From: a virus
Length of the DNA: 64,000 nucleotides
Virus record (IMG/VR): IMGVR_UViG_3300029267_002792
Strand: one strand, 5' to 3'
The notes under the pieces were generated by a model, which saw only the letters and a program-made list of their open reading frames with translations, was not told the origin of the DNA and ran no database searches. The position numbers were made by a program, and so were the translations under genes. Positions 27,846-37,867 of the stretch are shown here, in pieces (the stretch's first letter is position 1; each line of letters starts with the position of its first letter).

Positions 27846-27920
27846 CTCGTGGGGATGGACTTGAACCACCAGCCTCCCGGACTCGAGAGTCCAGGCGCTC
27901 TACCATTGAGCTACCCACGA
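27846..27920 (-). tRNA. tRNA-like RNA with enlarged anticodon arm (6-bp stem + 8-nt loop CUCUCGAG); identity undetermined
   Basis: UCGUGGG/CCCACGA acceptor + G73; D-arm GCUC-AAUGGUA-GAGC; T-arm GGUGG-UUCAAGU-CCAUC; anticodon arm 3 nt too long; no CCA. Confidence 0.75.
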
Positions 27921-28326
27921 ATAGAACTCCGCAACGTACGGATACGCGGCGGGGATTGATCACCATGTCAGGCTGCAATGCGGGAAGGCCCTCGGGGGGC
28001 TGACTGTCAATGACTGGAGTGGCGAGTCATGGGATTAGCCTAAACCATCCTGAGCCTCTGTCAAGAGCCCTCGGAAAAGATTTCCCCGTCTCTCCACACA
28101 GCAGCTGACACAAGGTCGAGGTTGTGAGGGTCCGTAAGCACGGAGATCCGCTTTCGCGTCTCGAACTGTGCAGCATGCGCCCCGCAGAGCGCGATCTCAC
28201 CCACAACGTAGCCACGGAACGGCGGCGTCATCACCCAAGCCTCGCATGCGTACTCTGGGGAACGAGTGCAATCCTCGGCCTGACAGACCGCGGGAACGGG
28301 GTCCTTGTCGAACATGATCGGGTGAA

Positions 28327-29067
28327 CTACGTGCGAGCTTCGGGACCGTACTTCGCGCTTTCGCGTCGGAGCCTTTGCACGAGCTGTTTCGTGTGGGCCA
28401 GCTCGCGATACCCCACCTTCTTCACGTCGCCAAAAATACGGACGAGAGACTTCACCTGAGCGGACAAATTCTGGTCAGGCCCATACTGGTGCAGATAGTC
28501 TGTCATCCGGTTCAGAGCGTCATTCAAGTTGTCCATCATGATCGAGTGTCCGCGCATGGCCTCGTCCATGTACGACTCGACATGGCGGAGAGGGTCAGCG
28601 CCCTCGGAAATCTCTCCGTCCCCGGACTCCGTGCTCAAGGTGTTAGCCACCTCGTGCAGCGAGTCGCGGGTCGCAGCATCGAACAAGGGGCCGCTCTCGT
28701 CCTGCTCCTGCCCCTCGCCAAGCGTCTTGCCCGAGACCTTACCGCGGTACTTCTTGGGAATGTACTCGTCGTAGTTGCCTGTCTTCGCCTCGTCCTCGAA
28801 GTCATCACGGAGAGCCGCCGCCGTCTCCAGACGCACGCGCTTCGGGAACATGTCGTTCCACTTCTGGCCAGGGCTTCCATGCTGCTGGGTGTACTTCCTG
28901 GCCCCGTTGTCGACCAAGTACATGAAGAGCTTGACCGCCTTCTGCCGGTCGTACTTCCCCTGAGCGTGCTTGGTCATAAGGTTCTTCAAGATCGGCAGGA
29001 ACTGCTGGCGATACAGATCGGCCTCGTTCTCGATGAACACCTGCAATTCCCTGGCATCTGCGTTCAT
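28327..29067 (-). CDS. conserved large-phage hypothetical protein
   Basis: ELQVFIENEADLYRQ...KYDRQKA pattern; 246 aa. Confidence 0.6.
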   Translation of the reverse strand: MNADARELQVFIENEADLYRQQFLPILKNLMTKHAQGKYDRQKAVKLFMYLVDNGARKYTQQHGSPGQKWNDMFPKRVRLETAAALRDDFEDEAKTGNYDEYIPKKYRGKVSGKTLGEGQEQDESGPLFDAATRDSLHEVANTLSTESGDGEISEGADPLRHVESYMDEAMRGHSIMMDNLNDALNRMTDYLHQYGPDQNLSAQVKSLVRIFGDVKKVGYRELAHTKQLVQRLRRESAKYGPEART

Positions 29068-29473
29068 TTGACTTCCTCCGGGCTCGAAATCGAGCCTACC
29101 TTATCCCTGTTCTCCCGACAAGCCTGAGGCCTACTCAAGGACCTCGAAATCGGCAGGATTGTCCCCGTCCCAACGAATGACGTTGTGCCACCGACCGTTG
29201 CGCCGAACTTCGAGCGTGACCGTATGCTCCCAGGGCTCACCCCCGTCAACTCCCACCCGAGACATCCAGATTCGACCGATCGAGCCGTCATGCAGCTCGA
29301 CCTCGGTCCGGAGGTCCTCGGCCTGCCCCTGCGCCAGGATCGGCATGGATTCCAAAACGTCGGTGGTGTACTCGTGAGTGTTGATCATCATCTGCTCCTT
29401 CGCGGCATTTCCGCGATCCCACAACAACCATACCGCAAGGGCAGGAGGATGTCAAGAGCAAACGTACGGAGGG

Positions 29474-31444
29474 TTACTCGGCAGCCTTGGCCTTCGGTTT
29501 CGCTTTCGGGCGGGACCGCGGCTTGGCCTTCGGCTTCGAGGCATCCTCGCCGGGCCGCTTCATCTTCGGCCCTACCAGCGGCGCGGCCTGCTTTGGACCT
29601 CCAGGCTTCGCCTTCTTACCCGGAACCTTCGGGGGCTCCCCCTTCTTCTTGGCTGGCGCAGCGTGCGTTCCAATGCCGTGCTTCTTGGCAAACTTCCGAA
29701 TGTGGCCGTGCAGTCGCTCCTTCGCCTTCTGCGCCAGCGAGCCATGACCCATCCGGTGTCCCGTGCTCTTGAGGTGCTGTCCAAGAGATCTCAGACCGTG
29801 GGAGACGCCAGAGTCTCGCTCCTCAACAGGTACATCCTCGGGAGGAGCCTTTGCCTTGGCCTTCTTCTGCGCTCCACCCCCCACAACACCCTTCACCTTC
29901 CCCTGCCGGACCACGGGCGTCTTTGCCGGTTTGTCATCGGAGCCCCGCCACGGTCCCGACCTACCGCCGGGGGCCTCGCCGAAAGGGCGATCACCCAGTG
30001 CCAGATCGCCGAAGTCGCGGAAGAACCATCGTGACTCACGCAGGACTCGATCCACGTAGGCGTCGCCAGCGTCCTCACCATCGTCGAGGATACCGTGAGT
30101 CCGGGTCGAAGCCACGGGCCTCGTGTCGTGCAGCGGACGGGGCAGCGGAGCGCGCTCAGTCAGGCCAGCCAAAGCCTTCTGCTCGGAAGAGAGAAAAGAC
30201 TCCTTCAGAGCGTAGACGCCATCTGTATGCAGGTATTGACCCTGGCGCTTATAGCCGGTCCCATCCCACGTAAACACGTACTTTTTGCCAGAAAACTTCG
30301 AGCCTGGGTTGACGCCTGAACCAGAAGCCACAGTCACTCGAGTCGGTGTGGCCTTGACTACCACCCACGGGAGGCTCCCGATCTTCATACCCGTGCTCGC
30401 CTGGTGCTTCCCGATCAGCTCACCAGCGGCTTCGACCTGCTCCGATTCCACCTCGACCAACATCGTCTCATCCGGCATACGCCGATACGGCGTTCCTACA
30501 GCGAATTCGATGTGCTGGGACTCGACGAGCCCGGCCAAGCGTCGCTGCACGCTCTGCACGTCCTCCACTGCCCGACGACCGACGGGACCTTCACCTTGGC
30601 CAACGCTCATACCCCGGCCTTTGCCCTTCCTGCCTTTCACGGGCTTGCCGGCTTTGCGACGCTTGAAAGACCCATCACACCCTTCGCCGTAGTTCGGGCT
30701 CCGGGACTGAACGAAACGTTCGGAAGCGGTGCCTTTCGGCTTCAGGTTGTCGAGCGGATTGAACTCATCCAGCTCATCCTCCGAACGTGCCGCTTCTGAG
30801 CCTTCACGGACGAGCATCACCCCGCGGTCCTGAAACGCACGTACCTTGGCCAGGGGCAGCGGTCCCAGCATGTCAAGATCGGAGAGCCTTTTCCCGGACG
30901 GAAGTTTGAAGGGCACGGCCCGCCACCCATCGCGTTTCAGAGCGTTCCACTTGGCACCCAAGAGAGCCATCGCCACCTCGGACGGAGACTCCTGCACCTC
31001 GTCGAGGGGACTGTGTTCGACCGCCTGCGTCGGAAGCGTGTAGAACCCGCCGCCTTTGCGGTGGACAAAGGTGAGCTTTCCCTTCTTCACGAGGGCCTGG
31101 AGGAACTTCGTGTGGGCCTGCGGATGGCCACCGAACGAGTAGGCCAGCTCACCCACACTGACTCGCTTGTGCTTGCGAAGATAACCCACCAGCTCCCGCT
31201 CGGTGTAGGTAGGACCGCCGGGACCATACTTGGTCTCTTCCAGCGGCGCCTCCTTCTTCGGAAGGGTCCACTCACGTGTGTCGACGACCGGCAGGCCCGA
31301 ACCGCCCGTCGATGGAGTCGGAGTCGGCGTCACCGGAAGACCCTTTTTGAGGTACATCTCGTCTGTGTAGGTCACCTCGGGCGAATCATGCTTGCCCCGC
31401 TTCGGCAACCGCCATCCCTTGGTGTCGATCGTCGGAATACCCAT
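29474..31444 (-). CDS. large multi-domain basic protein (winged-helix-like segment, Lys/His-rich tail), putative virion-internal
   Basis: Duplicated IDTxxWxLPK motif; LVES/LKES/LRES junctions; RRLAGL and KALAGL motifs. Confidence 0.6.
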   Translation of the reverse strand: MGIPTIDTKGWRLPKRGKHDSPEVTYTDEMYLKKGLPVTPTPTPSTGGSGLPVVDTREWTLPKKEAPLEETKYGPGGPTYTERELVGYLRKHKRVSVGELAYSFGGHPQAHTKFLQALVKKGKLTFVHRKGGGFYTLPTQAVEHSPLDEVQESPSEVAMALLGAKWNALKRDGWRAVPFKLPSGKRLSDLDMLGPLPLAKVRAFQDRGVMLVREGSEAARSEDELDEFNPLDNLKPKGTASERFVQSRSPNYGEGCDGSFKRRKAGKPVKGRKGKGRGMSVGQGEGPVGRRAVEDVQSVQRRLAGLVESQHIEFAVGTPYRRMPDETMLVEVESEQVEAAGELIGKHQASTGMKIGSLPWVVVKATPTRVTVASGSGVNPGSKFSGKKYVFTWDGTGYKRQGQYLHTDGVYALKESFLSSEQKALAGLTERAPLPRPLHDTRPVASTRTHGILDDGEDAGDAYVDRVLRESRWFFRDFGDLALGDRPFGEAPGGRSGPWRGSDDKPAKTPVVRQGKVKGVVGGGAQKKAKAKAPPEDVPVEERDSGVSHGLRSLGQHLKSTGHRMGHGSLAQKAKERLHGHIRKFAKKHGIGTHAAPAKKKGEPPKVPGKKAKPGGPKQAAPLVGPKMKRPGEDASKPKAKPRSRPKAKPKAKAAE

Positions 31445-31709
31445 GTCATCCTCTATATCATGGATCATAAGTACAAGGCTAGAATCACGAGGCTCGACGC
31501 CTCCGAGGACGCTCGCCCATCCACGCGTAGAGCATAGCCCGCCGCGCGCCGTTCGGACGGCATTCGATACCGTAAAGTGCCCGCAGACGTCCGTTCACGT
31601 ACACCCGCCACAGCGGATGCGGACGCGGAGGGACAGCTTCCCGTTGACCAGCCACAAATTCATGGTAGCGCAGGGGGCAGAGGATGAAAACTCTACGAGG
31701 ATCGAGGGG

Positions 31710-33032
31710 TTAGCGAGCAGCCTGCTCCAGCTCGTCCAGACGAGACTGGGGAGCCTCCAGACCAGAAATGATCGTAAAGACCCGCATCGATACCCGACCC
31801 TTCGATTCGTAAATCCCGTTGTGAAGCGTGATGCCCTCGTTCCCCAGCGCCCGACCGAGGCTGTTGAACGAGTAGTCAATGTTCTCCATCGGAATCTGGC
31901 TCAGGATCTCGTCGTGGGCGAGGACGATGGCACCGGCCATGTCTGCCTTGCTCAGATCGAAGCCGTCAGCGAGCAGGGTGCCTTTGAGGTTCTGGCGCAC
32001 CGCCTTCGAGATGTCTTCCTTCCCCTGCCACTTGTCCACACGCGTCATGCCGAAGACCATCAAGCCGTTCTGCACGACACTACGGAAGTCCGCTCGGTCG
32101 AACGTGTTGTAGTCGCTGTCCTTGGCGGCCAGGAGATTGAAGGTGTGCAACACCCCGGCGAAGTTCCGGTTCGCCGTCTGCCAGAATTTCTTCACCGGAA
32201 GCCCGGGGTACAGCTCATGGATCTTCGCGTTGTCGACGATGATGAGGGACGCGATCTTCCCGCTCTCCAACTTCTTCAGCGCATCGGTGATGGCTGTGTG
32301 CGCATTGCGCTGGACTCGTGAGCCCTCAGAGCGCTTCGGCAGGCTCATAATCACACCGAGGTGCTTGTAGAAGGGCTTCTCGATGTTGGTGGACTTGGCG
32401 TACTCACGTGCGGCGTCGAGCAGCACCGGCCACGACCCCGTACCTGATCCGCCCCCTCCGCCGACACAAATGTAGACGTGCTCCACCCCCTCGCCCCACG
32501 ACCGCATCATGAGATCCATGATGTCTTCGTAGGACTCCTGGGCCGCAAGCTTCCCCTCCTCGGGGTCCTTGCCAGCACCACCACGATCGTTGCCGATGAC
32601 GAGCTGATGCGGGATGGTGAGAGCTGCCATGTCCTGTGGAGTGGTGTTGCACACGCATACGCGCCGGTAGCCCATGTCGTAGAAGGCCTGAGCAATACGA
32701 CCGCCTCCTTGACCCGCGCCAATGAAAGCCATCTTGATAGCTGAGCGAGTCTCCCCGCCAGCGAAGTCGTCCTCGACCTCCCGAGAACCATCGAAAGAAG
32801 CTTCGTATTCGGCGCCGAAGTCTGGAATGTCGACGCCACCGCCCGCATCGTCTAGCGGATCAATGTCGGCCCCCTGGAACCGGCGCCGCATCGCGACTGC
32901 GTCCACATCGCGGTTGGCTGCAACGTTCTTCGCTGCTTTCGCTGGCGAGGCCTCCCGCGGCACCGCGGGCAGCTCGTCGTAGAGGGGATCTCCGCCATCG
33001 TCAACGGGTTGACTCTTCGGTTGCTTCGCCAT
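31710..33032 (-). CDS. tubulin/FtsZ-family GTPase with acidic N-terminal extension
   Basis: IGAGQGGGRIA, GGAGKDPEEG, signature GGGGGSGTG, IIVDN, T7-like FDRADF. Confidence 0.9.
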   Translation of the reverse strand: MAKQPKSQPVDDGGDPLYDELPAVPREASPAKAAKNVAANRDVDAVAMRRRFQGADIDPLDDAGGGVDIPDFGAEYEASFDGSREVEDDFAGGETRSAIKMAFIGAGQGGGRIAQAFYDMGYRRVCVCNTTPQDMAALTIPHQLVIGNDRGGAGKDPEEGKLAAQESYEDIMDLMMRSWGEGVEHVYICVGGGGGSGTGSWPVLLDAAREYAKSTNIEKPFYKHLGVIMSLPKRSEGSRVQRNAHTAITDALKKLESGKIASLIIVDNAKIHELYPGLPVKKFWQTANRNFAGVLHTFNLLAAKDSDYNTFDRADFRSVVQNGLMVFGMTRVDKWQGKEDISKAVRQNLKGTLLADGFDLSKADMAGAIVLAHDEILSQIPMENIDYSFNSLGRALGNEGITLHNGIYESKGRVSMRVFTIISGLEAPQSRLDELEQAAR

Positions 33033-33321
33033 CGTAATCTCCTGTCATATCGGGCGCCCAGCCGATCCATAGCAAGTCTTTGCCCGTACCTTCAGACCGG
33101 GCAGCCCCCGCCTCCTCCAACCACGCCAGGCAATTCCGGAGCAGGTAGCCGTTGACACGCCGGGATCGTCTCCACGTCTCCAACTCTGTCCACGAACGCG
33201 GACGTTTTAGCAGGAACTCCAAGAGAGGGGCCGACCACTCGGCCCACACTGGGTCGCTCATCGGCGGCGTGTCCGCGTCGCTCCACACGCGCTGCTTCTG
33301 TCGCTCCATAACCCATCTCAC
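33001..33321 (-). CDS. hypothetical protein (possible winged helix)
   Basis: ORF track; coupled to the MTase. Confidence 0.45.
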   Translation of the reverse strand: MRWVMERQKQRVWSDADTPPMSDPVWAEWSAPLLEFLLKRPRSWTELETWRRSRRVNGYLLRNCLAWLEEAGAARSEGTGKDLLWIGWAPDMTGDYDGEATEESTR

Positions 33322-33968
33322 CGGCCCGATTCAGAATACACAGTCGCAGCATCAGCAACTCTCTTCCGCTCCTCCACGGAAGTGAGGTCGAGCAGCTCAA
33401 TCAACCCGCGTGCTCGCGCCCGAGGCCATGGCTTCCAGACGAACCACCCGTACTCGGGAGAATCGGTCTTCCCCCAGGCCTTGAATCCCGGCCGATTCGG
33501 AAGCACGTACACATCGGGCATGTACTGGCTCATGAACCCGTGGCGCCCTTTGGACGCGATGAAGTTCACCCGGAGCAGCAACACAATGTACGAGTTTGGA
33601 AACTCCCGCAACATCTTGTGCAGCAGCTCCCAAGCAATTCGATATGGAGGGTTCGTGATGATACACACCGTCTTATCCCGAGGAGGCAACGGTGTCTCCG
33701 GGTCCAAAATGTCACCAACCGACACCGGTGCCATGGGCTCCAATCGCCTCAGCGTCTCATCCATCTCCGACCGCAGCTCGTTCAGAGCCCACGCCACGTT
33801 CGGGAGTCGCGAGTTCACGACCTGGACAATCGCACCGTCCCCAGCACACGGCTCGTACCACAGCCCGGAAGGCAACGTCACCCGATCCAGCAGCCTGTGA
33901 ACGCACCAAGGAGGCGTGGGATAGGCGTCAGCGGGAGTACGTTGACCGCCTCTTTTCGTGGACGACAT
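33318..33968 (-). CDS. SAM-dependent DNA N6-adenine methyltransferase
   Basis: DAYPTP, EPCAGDGAI (motif I), ITNPPY (motif IV), RPGF..TDSPEYGWFVW. Confidence 0.85.
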   Translation of the reverse strand: MSSTKRGGQRTPADAYPTPPWCVHRLLDRVTLPSGLWYEPCAGDGAIVQVVNSRLPNVAWALNELRSEMDETLRRLEPMAPVSVGDILDPETPLPPRDKTVCIITNPPYRIAWELLHKMLREFPNSYIVLLLRVNFIASKGRHGFMSQYMPDVYVLPNRPGFKAWGKTDSPEYGWFVWKPWPRARARGLIELLDLTSVEERKRVADAATVYSESGR

Positions 33969-34014
33969 GACACCCAGAGCTATCAGATAGGAGGGAGCTA
34001 GTCAAGAGCAAAGA

Positions 34015-35409
34015 CTAGCTGCGAGCAACCACAGCCTTGATGCCGGGCTTGAACGTGATCGTGCGGAAGGTCCCGAACTGGTCAGGGTCGCGCTGACGGA
34101 GGCGAAAAGTGTTCTCTTTCTCATCCACCTTCGCGGCCTTGAACCCATGAGCTTTCGCCCACTTCATTGCATCCTTCCGGCTGAACCGGTCCTTGCTGAA
34201 GATGAGCGTCTGAACCTTCATAGAGCTGCGGCTCCCGCCCTCGGTGACTCGAAGCTCGAAAGGGAGGTCCATGAACGCCTGGCCCGGGTCCCGCTCCTCC
34301 AACCCGTTAGCCTTCGCGAACTCTCGGCCGAGACGAGCGATCTCATCGGGAGCGATATCTTCCAGTTCTCCGGAATCTCGATCAGCCCGATTGTGCGCGG
34401 TCACATAGCGACCGAAGTCCTCAGAGTCGATGTCAGGATGGGCCTCGCAGTACCTTGTGAAGGCGTGGCACCCGAAGTCACAATACGCATCGTAGCTCTC
34501 CAGATGAGGCCGGATGTGTCGGCGGACCCAGCCCGAACGCTTGGTCTTTCGCATGAGGGCGTCGTGCCACTTGTGGCGCTGGTGGTACATCCGATCCGTT
34601 CGCATCTTCCGGCGGTGTGCGGACGGATTGCGACGGACCATCTTGACAAAGGCGCGGTGAGCCTTGGCCTTGGCAGCTCCAAACTTCTGCCGGACCCAGT
34701 GAAGAACGGCACGGGAGTTCTCCTCCAAGTCATCACCCTCGGTGTGGATACTGCCGTCAGCGTCCGAGAGTTCCTTACGAAGCCGGGAAAGGGCGTCGGC
34801 GATCCGTTGGATATCCTCCCGTCGGAATTCGCCACCAATGAACCGGCGTCCCAGGGCGAGTGCCCCGCGCGCGCTGGCGTCGGGCTCATCCTTCAATGCC
34901 TGATCGATTATCTTGAGCTTCTGCGACTTCGACAGCTTCTCCCACTCAGCATCCGAAACACCCAGGATCTTCCTCAGACGACCCGGACGCTTGACAGCTC
35001 CCTGAATCCAGAATTTGGACTCCTCGGCGTGCCCCTCCAACTGCAGGTGCGCAGCAGCCTGGATGTAAGGCCTCAGAGCGGGACCGGCCAGGCGCCCATG
35101 ACGGGTAGCCCGACTCGCTGGAACCCGCTGAAGGTCCATCCTGATGCCAGGCATCACCGGTTCCAGCCGGTTGGACCGATCCTCGTCCCGGTAGAGCCTC
35201 AACCCCGGGTCCTTCTGGAGGGCCTTGTCGTAGACCGTGAGGCAGAGAAGATCCTTCCCTCGTTTCCCCTCCTCTTTGCCCACCACGACCCCGTACATAC
35301 GGCCAGTCGGCGTGCGCCAGCCAACCATTGAACCGAACGGGGCGCTGGCGGCGGACTCAGATAGCCGCTGCCGCGGCGTCTCGAACGCTCTTCGGGATTT
35401 GGTCGCCAT
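34015..35409 (-). CDS. multi-domain putative head protein
   Basis: LSES, LEE junctions; basic KH-rich block; C-terminal VQTLIFSKDRF...RQRDP domain seen in virion proteins. Confidence 0.55.
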   Translation of the reverse strand: MATKSRRAFETPRQRLSESAASAPFGSMVGWRTPTGRMYGVVVGKEEGKRGKDLLCLTVYDKALQKDPGLRLYRDEDRSNRLEPVMPGIRMDLQRVPASRATRHGRLAGPALRPYIQAAAHLQLEGHAEESKFWIQGAVKRPGRLRKILGVSDAEWEKLSKSQKLKIIDQALKDEPDASARGALALGRRFIGGEFRREDIQRIADALSRLRKELSDADGSIHTEGDDLEENSRAVLHWVRQKFGAAKAKAHRAFVKMVRRNPSAHRRKMRTDRMYHQRHKWHDALMRKTKRSGWVRRHIRPHLESYDAYCDFGCHAFTRYCEAHPDIDSEDFGRYVTAHNRADRDSGELEDIAPDEIARLGREFAKANGLEERDPGQAFMDLPFELRVTEGGSRSSMKVQTLIFSKDRFSRKDAMKWAKAHGFKAAKVDEKENTFRLRQRDPDQFGTFRTITFKPGIKAVVARS

Positions 35410-35770
35410 TGGCATCCTCCAGCAGGTAGCAGATGTGGTTTGCATCGATATAACCGACGTACTCCTCATCTCCACCATACTCATCGGTCTGCGTGGGCTC
35501 CAGCTTCGCCCACCACGCAAACTCCAGTCGCTTGAACGCGACGATGTCGCCCGGCTTCAGCTCCCGAGCGACACCCTTGGGACCGGCACTGAGAATGATC
35601 GCATAGACCGTTCTCAGGTGGGGCAGCTCGCCATGGAAACTGGCCATCTTCGGGGGGAGCCAGATGCTCCCGATCTTCCGAGGGCGCGGCAACGTCCGCA
35701 CCCACGCACGGTACCCGGTCGCTCGGACCTTGTACCCCAACTCTTTCCACGTCTGCTCAACCACGTCCAT
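35357..35770 (-). CDS. GroES/Cpn10-like co-chaperonin
   Basis: KIGSIWLP mobile loop, IILSAGPKG, LKPGDIVAF. Confidence 0.6.
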   Translation of the reverse strand: MDVVEQTWKELGYKVRATGYRAWVRTLPRPRKIGSIWLPPKMASFHGELPHLRTVYAIILSAGPKGVARELKPGDIVAFKRLEFAWWAKLEPTQTDEYGGDEEYVGYIDANHICYLLEDANGDQIPKSVRDAAAAAI

Positions 35771-35797
35771 CGTCCGTCACCCCTCACTGTCGTCTGA

Positions 35798-37867
35798 TTA
35801 TCTGTAGTGGACGGTCAGGGTATTACCCTTCACCCGCACACTCTGAACTCGCTTCCTCGGGTCGCCCGTGCGGCTGTACTTGCCGTACTTGTTGATCGAG
35901 TTGGCTGCCGCCGAAGCTGCATTGTAGGCAGCATCGACTTCCTTGCCCCCCTTGTCCGGGAAGTACGCGATATCGACCTTACCCTTGTCTGTATCGGCGT
36001 AGACAACGTAGCCGCGCTGGGTACCCTCAACACCGGCCTTCCCCTTGATTTTGTAGGTTTTCACCTTGTCAAAGGGGTCTTCCTTCCGAGTCGGCACACC
36101 ACTAACAAAGCTCGACGCCTCCGCCAAGCGGCGTCGGGGCAACGGGTCGATGCCCGACATTGTCCGGAACTGCCCCACGCTCTCGGCCAGGACAGTACGC
36201 CCCAGCAAAACAGGCCCATCTGACCGCTCGCAGCTTTCCGAGACCGACTTGACGCTATTTGTGGGGTGGCGGAAATGACCTTGTCCGTGATACCCGGAAT
36301 ACGCCTTCACGAGCCCCAGATCGTGGGCTCGGTTCAGATGCTTGGTGGCTGTCCCATTCCAGTGGGCGACGGCTGTCTGGTAGCCAACCTTGTAGTCTGC
36401 GCTACGGCCAGACACAGCCTTTTTCACCCCGCGCTCGACATCCTCGACAGGGAGATCCGATATCCGTTTCATGGCAGCTACCCAACCCGCTGCAAACTCC
36501 CGGTCTGGCTCGGTCTTGGCCGTGTAATACGCGGACTCGTCCATGCCTTCTTGCTTGGACTTCACATACCATATCCCTGACATGTGGCCCAGCACACCCA
36601 TCTGGCGCATCCACGCTAGCAGAGCCTCGGTCTTGTAGATCTGCCCGGCACCTTCGTTGCCGAACAGCGCGGTATTGACCGTCTGAGAGGTTTTCCCGCC
36701 CTTCTGGAGAATACCCGGGATCTTCTTGGCCATCTGCTTGTAGTTCGGCAGCATCTTCTTGAGGGTCACCTCGAACCGAGCAGCTTCGTCGAGGTCATCC
36801 CCTTCAGGCTCAACACCTTCGGAGGTGTAGACTGGCTTTCCGCCCTTCAGAATGCGGTACTTCAGGGGCTCGCCGTGTTTGCGATCCATCTTCTGGAAGG
36901 TGGCGATCATCTTCTTCGCCCCGGCCAACGTCCGATCCGCCGCGCCCATCCGGCCTTGCGTGCCCGGCATGGACATATCAACAAAGCTCTTTCCCCCGGG
37001 AGGCTGGACCTGGATCTTGAAGGGCTTCTGCCCCTGGTAGAGGTCGTAGTCGCTCTCGTCCAGAGCGTTCTCGTCCTCCACGACACGCATCCGCTCGTAC
37101 CCAGTCCCGGTCTTTCGCATCACACCATGACCCTTTGCAAGGAACGACGCCTTCTTGGCCACCCGCAGCGACGGCACCTTGGTAGGCTCGTAGTGATGGA
37201 TCGCGTAATTGAGGTAGTTCTGAAACTCCCGGTACGCAGCCTCGGGAGAGGTCTCCTTCGCGAACTGAATCACCTTCCGGCCCTTGTACAGGTACGTAGT
37301 GATGCTGCCGCTCCGGTGCCACTGTCCGGTGATCTTGTAGTCACCGATCTTGACCTCGTCACCGTGAGTGAGCGTGACCTGTCCTGCCTCCTGCCGGCGT
37401 TTCAACCAGGTGGGCAGCGACTTGTAGAGCGCACCCATCACAGTCGTCGAATTGTTCATGTCCGAAGGCTTGAGCCCCTTGATCGAGTAAGCTTGAGTCG
37501 CGGCTTCCTGTTGCTTCTCATCCTCGGTCTCGATGCCCTCCTTCTCTTCCAGGCTCGGCAGCGTCGGCCGGATGCCAGCAAGCTTCTGAAAATGGGTCAT
37601 GTGATCTCGAGCCATGTCTTCCTCCCTCGCCTCCACGAGCCGGTGGAGGTGCTCATGCGAAGTCGTCTCGTGATGGCGCCGCGCTTCTCGTACTTGCTTC
37701 ACGATGCTCTCCTTGCCGGGATGCCCCTTCGCGTGCTTGGCCGCGAGCTTCACATCCTCGTCGGTCAGCTGATGAAACTCGACGACCCCTGAGCGCTTGA
37801 GCCTCGTGTCGCCATTGTAGATCGCCCACGCCGTGTAGACGCGCTTGTATGCTTTCTCCGGAGTCAT
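35798..37867 (-). CDS. 689-aa modular putative head-internal polyprotein
   Basis: Small domains separated by acidic LDE/MDES/LAES linkers; FQKLAGI motif. Confidence 0.6.
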   Translation of the reverse strand: MTPEKAYKRVYTAWAIYNGDTRLKRSGVVEFHQLTDEDVKLAAKHAKGHPGKESIVKQVREARRHHETTSHEHLHRLVEAREEDMARDHMTHFQKLAGIRPTLPSLEEKEGIETEDEKQQEAATQAYSIKGLKPSDMNNSTTVMGALYKSLPTWLKRRQEAGQVTLTHGDEVKIGDYKITGQWHRSGSITTYLYKGRKVIQFAKETSPEAAYREFQNYLNYAIHHYEPTKVPSLRVAKKASFLAKGHGVMRKTGTGYERMRVVEDENALDESDYDLYQGQKPFKIQVQPPGGKSFVDMSMPGTQGRMGAADRTLAGAKKMIATFQKMDRKHGEPLKYRILKGGKPVYTSEGVEPEGDDLDEAARFEVTLKKMLPNYKQMAKKIPGILQKGGKTSQTVNTALFGNEGAGQIYKTEALLAWMRQMGVLGHMSGIWYVKSKQEGMDESAYYTAKTEPDREFAAGWVAAMKRISDLPVEDVERGVKKAVSGRSADYKVGYQTAVAHWNGTATKHLNRAHDLGLVKAYSGYHGQGHFRHPTNSVKSVSESCERSDGPVLLGRTVLAESVGQFRTMSGIDPLPRRRLAEASSFVSGVPTRKEDPFDKVKTYKIKGKAGVEGTQRGYVVYADTDKGKVDIAYFPDKGGKEVDAAYNAASAAANSINKYGKYSRTGDPRKRVQSVRVKGNTLTVHYR

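Larger units (their letters stand above)
1234..34010 (-). promoter_or_regulatory. dispersed early promoter family TTGCTCTTGACA-N16-18-TAnnnT
   Basis: -35 boxes at about 1257, 5932, 7256, 9148, 11994, 13104, 14730, 15308, 19350, 20431, 21321, 24427, 26438, 27248, 28059, 29450, 34000. Confidence 0.75.
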
